DNA from: an uncultured Candidatus Saccharibacteria bacterium
GTDB lineage: Bacteria; Patescibacteriota; Minisyncoccia; Phycocordibacterales; CAIZLB01
Direction: 5' to 3'
DNA: 64,000 bases
Assembly: GCA_964550955.1 (NCBI GenBank)
Contig: CAZKAF010000003.1
Span: 7,489 to 71,488 of the forward strand
The notes beneath the pieces are model-generated. The model saw only the letters and a program-made list of their open reading frames with translations. It did no database searches and was not told where the DNA came from. This document shows, one piece after another, positions 46,205 to 55,565 of this stretch. How positions within the stretch are numbered: the stretch's first letter is position 1; the number at the start of each line of letters is the position of its first letter. Made by a program: the position numbers and the translations under genes.

Positions 46205-47482
46205 ATGAAAGACATACAAATAAAGAAACTGATCGAGGCTGAAAAGAAGAGGCAGAAAGGAGTCATCAATCTCATCGCTTCCGAAAACTATTGCTCGGCA
46301 GACGCGCTCGAGGCTCTCGGTTCGGTGTTCGACAACAAGTATGCGGAGGGATATCCTCATGCGCGGTACTACGGAGGGAATCAGGTCGTCGACGAGCTTG
46401 AGGTGCTTGCTCAGACGCGCGCCTTGAAGCTCTTCGGCCTCGACTCCGGGGTTCACAAGGACAGCAAGGCTCCGCTCAAGAGCAAATGGCACGTGAATGT
46501 TCAGCCCTGGTCGGGCGCGAACGCTAACTTGGCAGCATATCTTGGGGCGGTGCCAATCGGATCGAAAATCATGGGCATGGCCCTTTCATCGGGAGGGCAT
46601 CTTTCTCATGCGCAAAAAGTCTCCATTACGGGAAAAGTTTGGCAGCCGGTTTCTTTCGTCGTCAATCCGGACACCGAAGTTCTCGATTACGATTACGTGG
46701 AGAAACTGGCAAAGGCGGAAAAGCCCGCGCTCATCGTTGCGGGATTCACCGCGTATCCCAGGGCAGTTGATTGGGCGCGATTCAGGAAAATAGCCGACGC
46801 ATGCGGCGCCCTTCTCATGGTGGACATGTCGCACCTTTCCGGGCTTGTGGCAGGCAAAGCGTATGCAAGCCCTTTTCCATATGCTGACATCGTGACGACG
46901 ACTACTCATAAGACGCTTCGGGGTCCGCGAGGGGCAATAATATTTTCCAGGATAGATTCCCGGGAGCTTCACAAGAAAATAGACAAGGCTCTTTTCCCGG
47001 GCCTTCAGGGCGGTCCGCATGAAAGCCAAGTTGCAGGCATCGCGGTGGCGCTCAAGGAAGCGGATCAGGCTTCATTCAGGGCCTACGCGAAGCAGGTCAT
47101 CAAGAATGCAAAAGTGCTTGCGAAGGAGCTTCAGAAAAAAGGGTGGCATGTAGTTTCCGGCGGCACGGACAGCCATATGGTCCTTGTCGACACGTGGATG
47201 GGCGGAGAGAAGGTAAGCGCCGAGACCGCGAAGAAGAAAAAACTTGGCAAGGATGCCGCGGGCGCCGGGGCAGTGCCTGGCAAAGCGGCGGAGCTTGCTC
47301 TCGAAAAGGCAGGCATTATCTGCAATAAGAACACGGTGCCGGGAGAGACTCGGTCGCCGTTTGATCCGTCGGGCATCCGGCTTGGAACTCCGGCAGAAAC
47401 CACGAGAGGGAAGAAAGAGGCGGACTTCAGGAAGATAGCCGAAAAGATAGACGCGGCGTTGAGAAAGGCCGATTATTCATAA
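46205..47482 (+). CDS. glyA: serine hydroxymethyltransferase
   Basis: N-terminus ...LIASENYCSADALEALGSVFDNKYAEGYP and PLP-lysine context TTTTHKTLRGPRG. Confidence 0.9.
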   Translation: MKDIQIKKLIEAEKKRQKGVINLIASENYCSADALEALGSVFDNKYAEGYPHARYYGGNQVVDELEVLAQTRALKLFGLDSGVHKDSKAPLKSKWHVNVQPWSGANANLAAYLGAVPIGSKIMGMALSSGGHLSHAQKVSITGKVWQPVSFVVNPDTEVLDYDYVEKLAKAEKPALIVAGFTAYPRAVDWARFRKIADACGALLMVDMSHLSGLVAGKAYASPFPYADIVTTTTHKTLRGPRGAIIFSRIDSRELHKKIDKALFPGLQGGPHESQVAGIAVALKEADQASFRAYAKQVIKNAKVLAKELQKKGWHVVSGGTDSHMVLVDTWMGGEKVSAETAKKKKLGKDAAGAGAVPGKAAELALEKAGIICNKNTVPGETRSPFDPSGIRLGTPAETTRGKKEADFRKIAEKIDAALRKADYS

Positions 47483-47500
47483 GCAATAAGATCCAGCAGA

Positions 47501-48199
47501 ATGAAACCATTGCACATAGTCATAGAGGGAACGGACGGGTCAGGAAAGGCGACGCAGGTGAAGCTTTTGCATGAAAGGTTTTCAAAGGATGTTGGCCCTG
47601 AAAGCAGCTTCGCGATTGATTTTCCAAGATACAAGACCCCGTCCTGCTACTTCGTCGAAAAATATCTGAACGGCGGGTTCGGGACGGCCGAGGAAGTCGG
47701 TCCCTATGCCGGATCGCTTTTTTACTCATTGGACCGGTATGATCACTCGCCGACCATCCGAAAGGAATTGGCCGCAGGCCGTCATGTCATCTGCGACAGG
47801 TTCACCTCCGCGAATATGGGGCATCAGGCCGGGAAGATATCCGACTTGAAGGAGCGGGACGCATATCTCGATTGGCTGAATCATACCGAGTTCGTCCTGC
47901 TGAACATTCCGCGTCCGGATTTCGTGATACTGCTTTACGTTGACCCTGTGACAAATCAGAGGCTCGTGGCAGACAAGCCTGACAGGGAGTACATAAAGGA
48001 GGGAAAGAAGGCCGACATCCACGAAGCCGACTTGAATCACCTGAAAAAAGCGAGCGAGGCGTTCCTGTACTGCGCTAAAAAATACGGATGGACGGTCATA
48101 GACTGCGCCCCCAAAACGGAGGCGTCTCCGGACGGCGCGCTGCTGTCTCGGGAAGAGATACACGAGCTGGTATGGAACGAGGTTCAAAAGAAAAAATAA
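47501..48199 (+). CDS. tmk: thymidylate kinase
   Basis: IVIEGTDGSGKATQ P-loop and the DRF motif in ...ICDRFTSANM. Confidence 0.85.
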   Translation: MKPLHIVIEGTDGSGKATQVKLLHERFSKDVGPESSFAIDFPRYKTPSCYFVEKYLNGGFGTAEEVGPYAGSLFYSLDRYDHSPTIRKELAAGRHVICDRFTSANMGHQAGKISDLKERDAYLDWLNHTEFVLLNIPRPDFVILLYVDPVTNQRLVADKPDREYIKEGKKADIHEADLNHLKKASEAFLYCAKKYGWTVIDCAPKTEASPDGALLSREEIHELVWNEVQKKK

Positions 48200-48318
48200 A
48201 GGAGTATACTTAATATGTACGGGTCCGGCGTGCTCCTGCGTTCTGCGGTCCTGTTTTATCAGCGGCATCTTTGCGTTTCAGGGATGCTTTTGGATTATAA
48301 CTTTAACTGCATACACAT

Positions 48319-48654
48319 ATGTCTATAACACAATGGCTGGTTTCAACTCTTGCTATCATCATCGCGACTTTGCTGGTGCCTGGCGTGACGACGACGCTTG
48401 TCGGCGCGCTGCTTCTCGCCGTCGTGTTGGCGCTCATCAACCTTTTCGTCAAGCCGTTCATTTACGTCCTGACATTGCCGATCAACGTCTTCACTCTCGG
48501 GCTCTTCTCGCTCGTAATCAACGCGCTGCTCGTATTGCTTGCCGCTGAGATCGTTCCGGGCTTCACGGTCGGCGGATTCTGGACCGCGCTCATCTTTGCT
48601 GTCGTCCTGTCCCTCATCAACATGCTGTTCGGCTCGTATCAGAAGAAAGCATAA
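48319..48654 (+). CDS. DUF360/phage-holin-family-4-like small membrane protein
   Basis: 111 aa, four TM; ...PGVTTTLVGALLLAVVLALINLFVKPFIYVLTLPINVFTLGLFSLVINALLVLLAAEIVPGFTVGGFWTA matches the DUF360 pattern. Confidence 0.55.
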   Translation: MSITQWLVSTLAIIIATLLVPGVTTTLVGALLLAVVLALINLFVKPFIYVLTLPINVFTLGLFSLVINALLVLLAAEIVPGFTVGGFWTALIFAVVLSLINMLFGSYQKKA

Positions 48655-48797
48655 ATATAAATTTCGGACATCCGCCTTTGGCCAGTTTCGGGCAGAAGGG
48701 GAGCCGGCGCGACACCGCCTTGACTATTCAAGGCGGTGTTGTATTGTTTGAGTCGGTTAGAAAATTCAGAAACATCAATCACAAACAAGGAGGTAAC

Positions 48798-49484
48798 ATG
48801 TTGACACAGTTCATTACAATGCGAAGCGTTCAGTCCAGATTCGCGGCCATTTACGGGGCAAAAAACCAGGAAATGGGCCTGACCAAGGCATATCTGCGGC
48901 TGAATTTCAGGGTGGCCAGCTTTCCGGCGGCTGTCCGGAGAAAGGATTTGGAAACGGCAAAAAGCCTCGCGGCTCAGATTTTTGCCTGGATCGCAGGCAT
49001 CGCCAATCATCCGGATATCGGCATCGATTTGTACGAGCGTCTGTTGGACAAATTCCCGAACGCTTGTCCGTACTGCGGCGATTCGCCGCATACGTGCGCG
49101 GTCACGCGACCCGAATCCAGGCTCTCCCCGGAAGAGCTGGCAAGCTTGAGAAGGGGCGTTCCCGAGGGCATCGATGTCCAGCTCATGATGCACAACATCT
49201 ATCCGGAAAACGCGCTTGATACAAGCGTCGAGCACCTGGGAGCCGAGTGCGGGGAACTGGGACAGGAGCTCGCCAAGGAATCGCTTGCCGGCATGGAGAC
49301 GGAGCTGGTGGACATGCTTGCCCACCTTTTGGCGATTGCGAATCTTCTGGATTTCAGCCTGCTGGACGAGACGCTGCTTGCCTTCAAGGAGGGCTGTCCG
49401 AGCTGCAAGGGCCAAGTTTGCGCCTGCGGCGAATTCCATCAGGAAAAAGTCGGCACTCGGCCAGCCGATCCTTTTCCTGGCTGA
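48798..49484 (+). CDS. MazG-like nucleotide pyrophosphohydrolase domain protein with Cys clusters
   Basis: start set at MLTQFITM; EHLGAECGELGQELAKE...ELVDMLAHLLAIANLLDFSL resembles the MazG/NTP-PPase helix pair; CPYCGDSPHTC and CPSCKGQVCACGEF zinc-ribbon-like. Confidence 0.4.
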   Translation: MLTQFITMRSVQSRFAAIYGAKNQEMGLTKAYLRLNFRVASFPAAVRRKDLETAKSLAAQIFAWIAGIANHPDIGIDLYERLLDKFPNACPYCGDSPHTCAVTRPESRLSPEELASLRRGVPEGIDVQLMMHNIYPENALDTSVEHLGAECGELGQELAKESLAGMETELVDMLAHLLAIANLLDFSLLDETLLAFKEGCPSCKGQVCACGEFHQEKVGTRPADPFPG

Positions 49485-49573
49485 GTCTTCGACGCAGCCG
49501 TCACGCGGCTGAAACATGCGGCGCCTCCTTTTGTGGGGCGCCGTTTTTCGTGCTATATATATGTACAAATACC

Positions 49574-51523
49574 ATGAAACTGCTTATCAAAGAAACCTTG
49601 GAAAATATCGTCCGGGAACTCGGCTTCATTCCTGGCGAGCCTGAGTCGTCCAGTTCCGATTCCGATGCCAAATCTGAATCCGCACTGCTGCAGTTTGTCA
49701 TCGAGCGTCCTGCCGACATGACTCATGGAGACTATGCGACGAATGTCGCCATGGTGCTCGGTCCGAAGCTGAAGAAATCTCCCATCTCCGTTGCGATAGA
49801 CGTCGTCGATGCCTTCAAGGGCAGGATGCAAGGCGACGCCGAACTCTCCGCTGCCGTCGAGAGCGTCGAGGTTGCCGGTCCCGGTTTCATAAACATCAAG
49901 CTCAAGCCGCAGGTGCACAAGAAAGAAATCCTGAAAATCATGGAAGCCGGCGAATCATACGGCTCTCAGGAAACTCTGTCGGGCAAAAAAATAGTTTTTG
50001 AATACACTGATCCGAATCCGTTCAAGGTTTTTCATATTGGCCACCTCATGTCCAACACGGTAGGGGAAGCGCTTTCGAGGATTGCTGAGAAAAACGGCGC
50101 GAGCGTCAGGCGGTACTGCTATCAGGGAGATGTCGGCAGGCATGTCGCGCTGACCATCTGGGGCCTCCGATTCATGAATCAGGATCTCCCGAATGATGAC
50201 GCGAGCGTTTCGGACAAGGTCGCGTACTTCGGCAAGGCATATGCGCTCGGCGCCACCGAGTATAAGCGGCTTGAAGAAGAGGCTAAAAAAAACGGGCAAG
50301 TTGATTCAGAGACGAACATGCCGAACTCGGAAGCGTTCCTTTCCGCGGACAAGGAGGTCCAGCTCATAAACAAGAAGATATATGAGAGAAGCGATGGGGA
50401 GATAAACGAATTGTACGATATCGGCAAGGAATGGAGCCTCGAGCATTTCGAGGAACTGTATGAAATCCTCGGAACGAAGTTCGATCGGTATTTCTTCGAA
50501 AGCCAGGCCGCGCCTCTCGGAATCAAGACGGTGAAAGAAAATATTTCGCCGAAGGGGCTCAAGGTTTTCGAGGAGAGCAACGGGGCCGTCATTTTTCCTG
50601 GCGAGAAATACGGACTTCATACGCGGGTGTTTCTGACGCGAAACGGCCTTCCTGGATATGAGGCCAAGGAGCTTGGCCTCATGCCGCTGAAGTACGAAGC
50701 CGAAGCATATGACAAGTCGGTCATCCTTACGGCCAGCGAGCAGAATGAATATTTCAAGGTAGTATCGAAGGCTGCCGAATTCTTGTTTCCCGAGATAGCG
50801 CCGAAGAATGTCCACGTCTCTCATGGCATGCTCAGGCTGACGACGGGCAAGATGTCTTCGCGAACGGGCGACGTGATTACCGGCGAGTCGCTGCTAAAAT
50901 CCATGATCGACCTTTCGATGGAAAAGATGCGGGAGCGGGAGATGTCCGATGAGGAAAAGAAAAGCGTCGCGGAGGCCGTAGCCGTGGCTGCCATCAAGTA
51001 CACGGTGCTCAGGCAGGCGCCGGGAAAGGATGTCATTTTCGATTCGGAAAAATCCCTGTCATTCGAGGGCGATTCCGGTCCGTACCTGCAGTACTCGTAT
51101 GTACGAGCCCTGTCTCTGCTTGATAAGGCTCAAAAAGAGGGAATCGCTGATTGTGGTTCAGAGGACATTGAGGGCCTTGCTGAAGAAGGAGACAAGGGTG
51201 TTGATGGAAAGGGCGCGGAAGTTTCCGGAAATGATAATGCCAAAGCCGCCAGTTCCCATCTGGATCAGTCGGAAAGGCTTGAGCGGCTTTTGGGCAGATA
51301 CGGGGAAATCGTGGAGAAATCATGGGACGGGATGGCGCCGCACGGCCTCGCGAATTACCTCATGGAACTTGCCGGCACGTTCAACTCATTTTACGCCTCA
51401 ACTCAGATAGTTAAGGCGAATGATGCCGGGTCGCCATATAAGGTGGCCTTGGTTAAGGCTTTCTCCGTAGTCATGAAGGACGGCTTAAATGTGCTTGGCA
51501 TCAAATCTCCTTTAAAAATGTAG
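49574..51523 (+). CDS. argS: arginine--tRNA ligase
   Basis: start at MKLLIKETLENIV; class I HIGH motif (FHIGHLMSNTVGEALSRI), ...YCYQGDVGRHV, C-terminal DALK-type anticodon-binding end. Confidence 0.85.
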   Translation: MKLLIKETLENIVRELGFIPGEPESSSSDSDAKSESALLQFVIERPADMTHGDYATNVAMVLGPKLKKSPISVAIDVVDAFKGRMQGDAELSAAVESVEVAGPGFINIKLKPQVHKKEILKIMEAGESYGSQETLSGKKIVFEYTDPNPFKVFHIGHLMSNTVGEALSRIAEKNGASVRRYCYQGDVGRHVALTIWGLRFMNQDLPNDDASVSDKVAYFGKAYALGATEYKRLEEEAKKNGQVDSETNMPNSEAFLSADKEVQLINKKIYERSDGEINELYDIGKEWSLEHFEELYEILGTKFDRYFFESQAAPLGIKTVKENISPKGLKVFEESNGAVIFPGEKYGLHTRVFLTRNGLPGYEAKELGLMPLKYEAEAYDKSVILTASEQNEYFKVVSKAAEFLFPEIAPKNVHVSHGMLRLTTGKMSSRTGDVITGESLLKSMIDLSMEKMREREMSDEEKKSVAEAVAVAAIKYTVLRQAPGKDVIFDSEKSLSFEGDSGPYLQYSYVRALSLLDKAQKEGIADCGSEDIEGLAEEGDKGVDGKGAEVSGNDNAKAASSHLDQSERLERLLGRYGEIVEKSWDGMAPHGLANYLMELAGTFNSFYASTQIVKANDAGSPYKVALVKAFSVVMKDGLNVLGIKSPLKM

Positions 51524-51697
51524 TTTTGCCGGTTCAATAAGCCCAAGAATCGGGCTTTTATGGCTGTTTTCGGCCAACGAGCTTGCGGTCGCCCAGTTTG
51601 CTAATGTGGATAAGAAAGAAGGGACATGCTAGTTTAGCATAGTACAATTAGCACATAGCAATTCATGCGTTAATTATCAATCAACCCTGCATATCCA

Positions 51698-53719
51698 ATG
51701 TTTAAATTTATAAAAAATACAGCCCTTTTCTTATCAGCACTCGCTATCTTCTTTTCAGCTTTGAGCTCCGGTCAGGCATCCGCAGCGACTTGTTACAATA
51801 TCCCTGCAAATATCAGGCCGGGAGACAAGACCGCCGACGTCAGGATGCTTCAGAATTTCCTAATAGAAAGTGGCTATCTCAGGGGCAACGCTGACGGCGC
51901 ATACGGGCCCCTGACCAAAGAAGCCGTGCTGGCATTCCAGCAGTCAAGAAATCTCGTATCGAACCCGGCCGGCTTCGTGGGCGCGGGAACAAGGCAGCAA
52001 ATAAGGGATATCTCATGCGGCACGTCAACGCCTCTCGCGAATCTTCCGCTTACGAATCCTGCGGTCGCCATCAACAACACGTCTCCGTCATATCAGCAGA
52101 CTCAGTATCTTCAGCCGAACGTCTCGACATGCCAGCCCGGAATGCTATTCAACATAATGACCGGCTTGCCATGCGTAAATGCAAATTCCGTCGTTCAATA
52201 CACGAGCGTTCCGGGATGCACCGGCACTAATCTCTTCAGCACCGTTACGGGCCGGAGATGCGCTGACGGACCGCAGGCCCCTGTCACGACGACGCTTCCT
52301 CCGGGCTGCGCTGTCGGCGCGAACTTCAGCATCACGACGGGCTTGCCCTGCTCAAATTTCGTGGACCCTTGGGATTATAACTTGAACAACAACGCGAATA
52401 ACTCAATTTCAGGCAGGCCGGACTTGACGATTTCGAACGTGCTTTGCAGTCCCGTTTCGCCTGCGGTGAACGAATCAGTCTCATGCACGATTACCGTATA
52501 TAACGCCGGCAGGAGCGGCATCGACCAGCCATTCGGCATTTCAGTCAATGGCAATTATCATTCGGTGACTTCGTCGATGTCTGCTTACTCGTCGAGAACG
52601 ATTACTGTTCCAAATGCGTTTTCGCTGGGATACGGAACGACTACGGTCACGTTTGCCGTGGATTCCAACAATACAGTCGAAGAAGAAAACGAGGGGAACA
52701 ACGTCCATACTCGAACGTTCCACATACAGCCGCTGGCTCCCGTCGATCTTACTCAGAACTATTCGACGCCGGCATGTCCTTACACGTTCTCAAGCACCCT
52801 TGAGCTCGGCTCTCGAGGACAGGACGTGATCGCTTTGCAAAATTTCCTGAAGAAATTCGGATTCTACGCAGGCAATTCGCACGGTTCGTTTGATAATGCG
52901 ACGAAGCTGGCCCTTACCGCATATCAGGCAAACAGAAGCATCTCTCCGGCAGACGGTTCTTTCGGCGCCTCCACTCGGGCTTCAGTGAACGCTTCCTGCG
53001 CGTCAGGCTCGACATCCGTTTCCATTTCAGGAAACTTGAGGCTTGAGCTCGGCTCAACGGAGGTGTACAAGAAAACGCCGGCTCGCGTCGCTTGGTACAG
53101 CAGCAACAATGTCATCCCTCAAAACAACACCATGACCATGGAAGTCTTCAGGGTATCCGACAATCAGTACATGAGCGTAAAGGATACGGGCAGGTTCAAC
53201 GCGACTGTGGGTTCGGTCACGATTCCCGCATCGCTTCCTGCCGGTCAATACAAGCTGGTAGTTTCAACTACGGTAGCGGGGACTGTCCATAAGGCTGAGA
53301 CGCCTGCGTTCACGGTGCCTGAGGCGACAGCGGTCTTTGCCAAGCCAAGCAATCCGACGATTGCCGTAACGGGAACGACTGCTGCCACGAAGGGGCTGAC
53401 AGCCGAGTTCAAGCTCAGCATGCTGGCAAAGGGCGTCGACATTCCGCTTCTCGCGGCGAATGACATCACCGTGGTGTTCATCAATCCGAATGGAAACACG
53501 ATTTCGGCAGACAGCGTCACGGTAGCGACCGATCCGAGAAAGGCCACTGCCAGCGGCTCGACTGCCCAGGTGACAATTACCGCGAAGATTTCGGGGAGCA
53601 AGCTGATTACCAGCGGCAGTTACCGAGCGGAGCTGAAAGCTGTCCGATGGGGAAGCGCTACGGAAATTGCGAACTTCTCGGGCACATACGTGACGCCGAC
53701 TGGCGTGCAGTACCCATAA
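51698..53719 (+). CDS. secreted protein with two peptidoglycan-binding (PG_binding_1) domains and three Cys-bracketed repeats
   Basis: signal peptide; DVRMLQNFLIESGYLRGNADGAYGPLTKEAVLAFQ and GQDVIALQNFLKKFGFYAGNSHGSFDNATKLALTAYQ (PG_binding_1-like); repeats CQPGMLFNIMTGLPC / CTGTNLFSTVTGRRC / CAVGANFSITTGLPC. Confidence 0.5.
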   Translation: MFKFIKNTALFLSALAIFFSALSSGQASAATCYNIPANIRPGDKTADVRMLQNFLIESGYLRGNADGAYGPLTKEAVLAFQQSRNLVSNPAGFVGAGTRQQIRDISCGTSTPLANLPLTNPAVAINNTSPSYQQTQYLQPNVSTCQPGMLFNIMTGLPCVNANSVVQYTSVPGCTGTNLFSTVTGRRCADGPQAPVTTTLPPGCAVGANFSITTGLPCSNFVDPWDYNLNNNANNSISGRPDLTISNVLCSPVSPAVNESVSCTITVYNAGRSGIDQPFGISVNGNYHSVTSSMSAYSSRTITVPNAFSLGYGTTTVTFAVDSNNTVEEENEGNNVHTRTFHIQPLAPVDLTQNYSTPACPYTFSSTLELGSRGQDVIALQNFLKKFGFYAGNSHGSFDNATKLALTAYQANRSISPADGSFGASTRASVNASCASGSTSVSISGNLRLELGSTEVYKKTPARVAWYSSNNVIPQNNTMTMEVFRVSDNQYMSVKDTGRFNATVGSVTIPASLPAGQYKLVVSTTVAGTVHKAETPAFTVPEATAVFAKPSNPTIAVTGTTAATKGLTAEFKLSMLAKGVDIPLLAANDITVVFINPNGNTISADSVTVATDPRKATASGSTAQVTITAKISGSKLITSGSYRAELKAVRWGSATEIANFSGTYVTPTGVQYP

Positions 53720-53759
53720 CAGCAAGCTGCCGCGACAGCAGCTTGAGATGGGTCAAGCA

Positions 53760-53793
53760 AAAAAACATCCCGGCAGAAGGGATGTTTTTTTGT
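53760..53793 (+). terminator. rho-independent terminator
   Basis: catccc-ggcagaa-gggatg + TTTTTTT. Confidence 0.7.
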
Positions 53794-53924
53794 TGGGGAA
53801 AGCAAACTGCCGCCCAAGTCATTGCATCCGACGCATTTTGATATTATATTAGGTGCAATTATATAAGGCTTCCGGGCCTGTGCACTATATAAGTATTAGA
53901 CGCTTCATTCTACATATATACGCC

Positions 53925-54971
53925 ATGGCTGATGCACAAAAGACGAATCAATACGAAATAATCCTGTATTACAAATACCTCGATCTTGCCGATCCGCAGG
54001 GCTTTGTCGATTGGCATAAGATGGTCTGCGAAAACCTGGGCCTCAAGGGCAGGGTGCTCATCGCAAGGGAAGGCATTAACGGCACGCTCGAAGGCCGAAC
54101 CGAAGACGCGCTTGAATACTGCAGGCTCATGCATCAGCAGGACGGTTCGGGGGGAACGTTCGGCGACTTCAGGGACGTTGTTTTCAAGCGAAGCCCGGGA
54201 ACAGGCTTCTCGTTTCCGAAGCTTAAGGTGAAGCTGCGAGACGAGGTCGTTTCTCTCAAGCTGTCTCACGGTTCCGACGTCAATCCCAATGAGACGACGG
54301 GCATACATCTGAAGCCGGAGGATCTAAAGAAATGGTATGAGACAGGCGAAGACTTCCTTGTCGTGGACATGAGGAATGACTATGAGTACAAGGTGGGACA
54401 TTTCAAGGGATCGATCAATCCGAAAATGACGAACTTCCGCGACCTGCCGGACGCGTTGCCGAAGCTCGAAGACGCGAAGAGGGCTTCAAGGGAAGGCAAG
54501 AAGATTCTCACCGTCTGCACGGGCGGCATTCGATGCGAAAAGGCATCCGGCTTTCTCCTGAAGAACGGCTTTGAAAACGTGTATCAGCTCGACGGGGGAA
54601 TGCATTCGTACATGGAGAAATTTCCCGGAGAAGATTTTCTCGGAGCGCTGTATGTTTTTGACGGAAGGGAAACCATGGCATTCACTGACAAGCGGCCCGT
54701 CATCGGCACGTGCGAGGTCTGCGGCGAGACGACGGAGCTGTTCACGAACTGCGCGAACATAAAATGTCATGGGAAAATGCTTTGCTGCGACGCATGCAAG
54801 TCGAACTCGCTTGAGGAGGCGGACCAGCTTTCCGCGCGGAATCCAGGAACGGCGGATGTCATCGAAAAGATTCTCAAGAAAGAGACCACGGCTTTCGTCT
54901 TCTGTTCCGGCCAGTGCCGCGAAAAGGTCATGAGCTTGGCGCATGCCCGGCCGGCTGTCCCGGCAAGGTAA
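53925..54971 (+). CDS. trhO: rhodanese-domain protein TrhO/YceA-like (tRNA U34 hydroxylase family) with C-terminal Cys-rich extension
   Basis: start at MADAQKTNQYEIILYYKY; rhodanese active-site CTGGIRCEKA; C-terminal CxxC clusters. Confidence 0.65.
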   Translation: MADAQKTNQYEIILYYKYLDLADPQGFVDWHKMVCENLGLKGRVLIAREGINGTLEGRTEDALEYCRLMHQQDGSGGTFGDFRDVVFKRSPGTGFSFPKLKVKLRDEVVSLKLSHGSDVNPNETTGIHLKPEDLKKWYETGEDFLVVDMRNDYEYKVGHFKGSINPKMTNFRDLPDALPKLEDAKRASREGKKILTVCTGGIRCEKASGFLLKNGFENVYQLDGGMHSYMEKFPGEDFLGALYVFDGRETMAFTDKRPVIGTCEVCGETTELFTNCANIKCHGKMLCCDACKSNSLEEADQLSARNPGTADVIEKILKKETTAFVFCSGQCREKVMSLAHARPAVPAR

Positions 54972-55565
54972 GATTCTGAAAAAAATGACCAGGCTCCCTG
55001 AATGCCCGGTCGTTTGACTTTATTATTTTTCGGGAGCAGAATGAGATTCCAGATGCTCTTTGGTTCGTGATCGCAAGTCACGAAGGGCGTCTTCTCAAAT
55101 CCAACAACACATGAAAGGCGACTAATCGCATGTTGACATCAAGCAAACTCATTCCTGGAAGCTGTGCCTATCAGCGGGCATGGAAAAAGCTCCACCCGGA
55201 TGCCACTCCTTCAACCAGCCGCATGGCCGGTTCAAGAAGCGGCGGAAATGCCCGTCAAATTCCCTTGAGGGTCAGGGTAAGGTTCCTCAGATGAGCTGCC
55301 ATTGATGCGAAACCGTCACCGACTCACCATTCCGATCTCGAAAAAAAAGAGATGCTGGTCAGCCGTGAGCTGCGTGACAAGCGCCGATAGAACCGGAGCT
55401 CCATATGAACGCTAACCCCCCGCTTGGTGCAATGCCAGGCGGGGATTTTCATTGCCTGCTCAGGCCGGTTGTCGCCGGTTCTTCGAGGTGCTAGTATGTT
55501 TTTATTGCGCGGCCGAGCCGTAAAAGCGGGCCATGCAGCTTTAGAAAATAATAAAATTTCATAAA

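Noticed and set aside
48639-49568. 309-aa minus-strand ORF
   Set aside because: It is antisense to the MazG-like gene and Arg/His/Gln-rich with no recognisable motifs. The plus-strand frame carries a recognisable MazG-like helix pair and Cys clusters, so I treat the minus ORF as a shadow ORF.
55300-55560. T-box riboswitch upstream of ileS
   Set aside because: A hairpin plus T-rich stretch is present but the conserved T-box sequence could not be recognised by eye. It is kept only as a low-interest finding.
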